From an uncultured Ruminococcus sp. (GTDB lineage: Bacteria > Bacillota > Clostridia > Oscillospirales > CAG-272), in the NCBI GenBank assembly GCA_964463735.1, contig CAYXDB010000001.1, forward strand, positions 1 to 51,548: a stretch of DNA of 51,548 bases. Direction: 5' to 3'. Below are positions 48,063 through 51,548 of this stretch, piece after piece. A program made the position numbers and the translations under genes. How positions within the stretch are numbered: the stretch's first letter is position 1; every line of letters begins with the position of its first letter. The notes beneath the pieces were generated by a model that saw only the letters and a program-made list of their open reading frames with translations, was not told where the DNA came from and did not search any database.

Positions 48063-50332
48063 ACGTCTTCTTCAACCTCTCCAGAGGGCATATCGACCTC
48101 GTCTCTTTTGTAGCCACACTTTTTATCATGGCACAAGAGCAATTGGCGATTTTTGCGGAAATAGAGCATCTTCCCGCATTGGGGGCACTTCTCTACCGTC
48201 GGCATATCCCAGGAGGAGAATTGGCACTCCGGATAGCGCTCACAACTATAAAAATTCATGCGCCCACGCCCATGCTTTGCCACGATCCGCGCACCACATG
48301 TGGGGCACGGGACACCAATATCCTGCACTTTCTGTTTCGTATACCGGCATGCAGGATAGTTGACGCAGGCATAAAAACTTCCATACCGGCCCGTGCGGAG
48401 GACCATATCCCCGCCGCACAATTCACATTTGAAATCTGCCACTTCCAGATCGCTGGCTGTTTTGGCAACGGGTCTTCCCTTTTTATCCACGGCTTTGGTA
48501 TTGCGGCATGCGGGATAACGCGGGCAGGCCAGGAAGCGCCCAAACCGCCCGTTCTTATACACCATCTTGCTCCCGCACAGTTCACACGTCACATCCGATT
48601 CTTCCACCGGAACTTCCACGCTTTCGGGGCTGACGGTATTCATGGCCTTTTCCAAGAACACAGAAAACTCACTGTAAAAGTCGGAGAGCACCTCCGTCAC
48701 CGTGGTCGTACCGTTTTCAATGGAATCTAATTTCTCTTCCATGGAGGCGGTAAATTCATAATCGACGATATCCGGGAAACTCTCTTTCATCAGACGCGTC
48801 GTCACCTCACCCAGCGGGGTCGATACAAGAGATTTACCGTTGCGCTTTACATAACTGCGCGCAATGATCGTGGTAATGATCGGCGTATAGGTGCTGGGGC
48901 GCCCAATGCCATTCTCCTCAAGGAACTTGATCAGGGACGCCTCATTGTAATGTGACGGCGGCTCGGTAAAATGCTGCTGCGGGTCGATCGACATCGGTTG
49001 CAGCGTTTCTTTCTCGCTCACGTGCGGTAAAGCGCCGTTTACAGCCTGCTCATCTTCGTCACTGTGCGCAGCATCCTCGGCGCCGCACACGGCCGTATAC
49101 CCCGGGAATTTCAACGTGTATCCCGTAGCGCGGAAGGCATGTTCCCCACACTGCAATTCGATCGTATTGGTCTGCCAGATCGCGGCGGCCATCTGGCTGG
49201 CGACAAAGCGCTCCCAGATCAATTTATACAGCTTATACTGATCGGGGGAAAGCATCTTTTTGATCATTTTGGGCAGGATCGCCACATTGGAGGGGCGAAT
49301 AGCCTCGTGTGCGTCCTGCGCATTGGCTTTTGCACGATACACGCGCGGCGTCACCGGAAGATACTCTTTACCATATTGCTCTTCGACCAGGGCCAGGGCA
49401 GACTCCTGCGCCGTGCTGGAAATGCGCAACGAATCGGTACGCATATAGGTGATAAGACCCTGCACCCCGCCAAGATCGGGGCCAAGGTTCACACCTTCGT
49501 ACAATTCCTGCGCCACCTTCATGATGCGCTGCGACTGGAAGCCGAGCCGCTTAGATGCCTCCTGTTGCATCGTGGAGGTGGTAAAGGGCGGTGCCGGCTG
49601 GCGCTTTTTGTCGGCAGAGTGGATCGCCTGTACAAGGAAGGGGTGCTGTTGCAGATCGGCCAAAATACGCTCGGCGTCCTCCCGGGTCTCCAATTTTTCC
49701 TTGCCACAATAGTGCGCGGAAAATTCTTCCCCTGTCGGTGTACGGAGCAGGACTTTGATCGTCCAATACTCCTGCGGTACGAAAGAACGGATCTCTTCTT
49801 CCCGCTCAACGATGATGCGCGTGGCTACTGACTGTACGCGCCCAGCGGACAGTCCGTTTTTGACATTTTTCCACAAAAAGGGGCTGAGCTTATAGCCCAC
49901 GATCCGATCCAGAATACGCCGTGCCTGCTGCGAATTGACCAGGGTCTCATCGATGGCACGCGGATGCTTGATCGCATCCTTGACTGCGGTCTTCGTGATC
50001 TCATTGAAGGTCACGCGGCACTCCTTTTCATGCGGGATGCCCAATACGTTCGCCAGGTGCCAGGAAATGGCTTCCCCCTCGCGGTCAGGGTCGGTCGCAA
50101 GGAATACTTTATTGGCGGCCTTCGCCTCTTTTTTCAGCGTGGCAATGATATCGCCACGCCCGCGGATATTGATATAATGCGGTGCAAAACCGTTTTCGAT
50201 ATCCACCCCCAGGGTGCTTTTGGGCAGGTCGCGGATATGCCCCTTAGAAGCAACTACTTTGTAATTGGAACCCAGGTATCCTTTGATGGTCGCCGCCTTG
50301 GAGGGGGACTCTACTATTACTAAATTTGCCAT
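48059..50332 (-). CDS. topA: DNA topoisomerase I
   Basis: [13 protein letters not shown] Toprim start, type IA core, and several C-terminal Cys4 zinc ribbons. Confidence 0.95.
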   Translation of the reverse strand: MANLVIVESPSKAATIKGYLGSNYKVVASKGHIRDLPKSTLGVDIENGFAPHYINIRGRGDIIATLKKEAKAANKVFLATDPDREGEAISWHLANVLGIPHEKECRVTFNEITKTAVKDAIKHPRAIDETLVNSQQARRILDRIVGYKLSPFLWKNVKNGLSAGRVQSVATRIIVEREEEIRSFVPQEYWTIKVLLRTPTGEEFSAHYCGKEKLETREDAERILADLQQHPFLVQAIHSADKKRQPAPPFTTSTMQQEASKRLGFQSQRIMKVAQELYEGVNLGPDLGGVQGLITYMRTDSLRISSTAQESALALVEEQYGKEYLPVTPRVYRAKANAQDAHEAIRPSNVAILPKMIKKMLSPDQYKLYKLIWERFVASQMAAAIWQTNTIELQCGEHAFRATGYTLKFPGYTAVCGAEDAAHSDEDEQAVNGALPHVSEKETLQPMSIDPQQHFTEPPSHYNEASLIKFLEENGIGRPSTYTPIITTIIARSYVKRNGKSLVSTPLGEVTTRLMKESFPDIVDYEFTASMEEKLDSIENGTTTVTEVLSDFYSEFSVFLEKAMNTVSPESVEVPVEESDVTCELCGSKMVYKNGRFGRFLACPRYPACRNTKAVDKKGRPVAKTASDLEVADFKCELCGGDMVLRTGRYGSFYACVNYPACRYTKQKVQDIGVPCPTCGARIVAKHGRGRMNFYSCERYPECQFSSWDMPTVEKCPQCGKMLYFRKNRQLLLCHDKKCGYKRDEVDMPSGEVEEDV

Positions 50333-50379
50333 GCTATTTGCCAGTATATCCTTTCTTTATCTATGGGGATCTGTGAAGA

Positions 50380-51548
50380 TCATCGGCGCATATATAATCC
50401 GCCGGCACAAGATGTGATAAACTTATTGACCTCAAGAAATGTCAGTGACCCCATGACCTGATCGATCGTCAACTCTTCGGTGCACAGGGCGTCCGGCGCT
50501 ACCGCGCGGCCTATGGGAAGTTTTTTGTAAACGGCGATGGTCGTAGCATCCAGCCGCGCCATGCGCGCATCCTTTTCTTCCTCGCCTGCGGTCACTGTGG
50601 CAGGTGCGGTGCTATTATCCGGCAGGGTACTTGCGTCGGTGGTAGCATCTGTCACTATCTCTGCCTCTGCCGGTACAGGAGGAACCGGGGCTCCCCGCCT
50701 TGCCTGCGCCCTGCGTTTGCCCGATGCCGCGGCATCCGACTGTTCGGCATACGTATAGGAAGTGGCACGCTGATGCGCGGGGCCGTTCCCCGTGGCGACG
50801 CGATACGTTTCCATCACGCGATCGGCAGTCATGATCTTTTTTTGCAACAGAGAAAATATATTCAGACGTCCACCATACAAAAATTCATAGCGACGTATGA
50901 TGTCGTCTGCGCAACTGACCGGGATGGCACCGTGCTTCAAAAGATAATTGGGCGCCTCGCTGTTGGTTTCATCCGCATTGCCCGGCAGAGCATATACATC
51001 TCTCCCCTGTTCTACGGCCTTCTTTGCGGTGATCAGGGCGCCGCTACGCTCATTCCCTTCTATGATCAGAACGCCTTTCGATATAGCGCTGATCAGGCGA
51101 TTGCGATAAGGGAAATTGGACCTGTCCGGCGGCGTGCCCGGTGGATACTCGGTCACGACAGCACCGTTACGCAGGATCTGCCGCATCAGATACGTGTGCT
51201 CCCGCGGGTAGATGATGTCAATACCACTGCCCAAGAACGCAAGGGTCCTCCCTCCGGCCGCCAATGCAGATGCGGCCGCCAATCCATCTACCCCCAGCGC
51301 CATGCCGGTCACCACGATCGCGCCCGCGCGGGCCAGATCATAGGAGATCTCATGCGTCATGCGCTTACCATAGTCGCTCATACGCCTGGTGCCTACCACA
51401 GAAATGAACAGATCGCCTGCGTAAAAATCCGGCAAACGACCTTTATAATACAGCACCAGCGGCGGGTCGGACAGTTCACGCAGGTTCGCGGGGAAAGCGG
51501 GAGAGGAATAGGTCAGCAAGCAGACGTCGGCAAGCATACAGTAGTCCA
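50380..51548 (-). CDS. dprA: DNA-processing protein DprA (5' end probably runs off the window)
   Basis: Rossmann-like core GMALGVDG...A...GG.TLAFLGSGID, a low-complexity Ala/Thr/Pro linker and a C-terminal winged-helix. The frame stays open upstream of the first Met to the window edge. Confidence 0.85.
   Translation of the reverse strand, partial: DYCMLADVCLLTYSSPAFPANLRELSDPPLVLYYKGRLPDFYAGDLFISVVGTRRMSDYGKRMTHEISYDLARAGAIVVTGMALGVDGLAAASALAAGGRTLAFLGSGIDIIYPREHTYLMRQILRNGAVVTEYPPGTPPDRSNFPYRNRLISAISKGVLIIEGNERSGALITAKKAVEQGRDVYALPGNADETNSEAPNYLLKHGAIPVSCADDIIRRYEFLYGGRLNIFSLLQKKIMTADRVMETYRVATGNGPAHQRATSYTYAEQSDAAASGKRRAQARRGAPVPPVPAEAEIVTDATTDASTLPDNSTAPATVTAGEEEKDARMARLDATTIAVYKKLPIGRAVAPDALCTEELTIDQVMGSLTFLEVNKFITSCAGGLYMRR

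Overview
This 51.5-kb window looks like core chromosome from a moderately GC-rich, endospore-forming Firmicute. The Clostridia-like assignment rests on a pro-sigma-K, pdaA, DUF1540 and DUF378. I support about 47 protein genes, one tRNA-Ser(GGA), several near-consensus sigma-A promoters and strong intergenic terminator hairpins. From 34.3 kb to the right edge everything is on the minus strand and is housekeeping: dprA (5' partial), topA, trmFO, plsX, rnc, smc, ftsY, an rdgB-yhbY fusion, nadD, yqeK, an LCP gene, rsfS and leuS. The left end carries lepB, rbgA, rnhB and yraN. I see no CRISPR array, integrase, transposase, prophage or recognisable defence island, so I cannot honestly name one clear novel system. 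The most unusual locus is a three-gene putative metal-handling module at 26.6-29.3 kb. Its COG0523/CobW GTPase carries six tandem in-frame DNA repeats encoding (His4-6 Asp3-4 Glu2 Cys2). It is followed by a second G3E-like GTPase fused to a Cys-Cys domain, then a 2-TM protein. Other observations worth a second look:
- A cytoplasmic GH38 mannosidase / D-lyxose-mannose isomerase / aldolase / HTH-PfkB kinase operon carries three single-base frameshifts in about 2.6 kb, while I saw none elsewhere.
- An EndoA/MazF-type toxin has no adjacent antitoxin.
- An unannotated 47-codon ORF has its own consensus promoter and an 18-bp terminator.
- A pseudo-receiver OmpR-type regulator sits directly upstream of sigK.
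- A 5'-truncated FtsX permease remnant is present.
- A large CvpA-like membrane protein of unknown function is present.
All family assignments come from motif reading and memory of homologues, not from searches.
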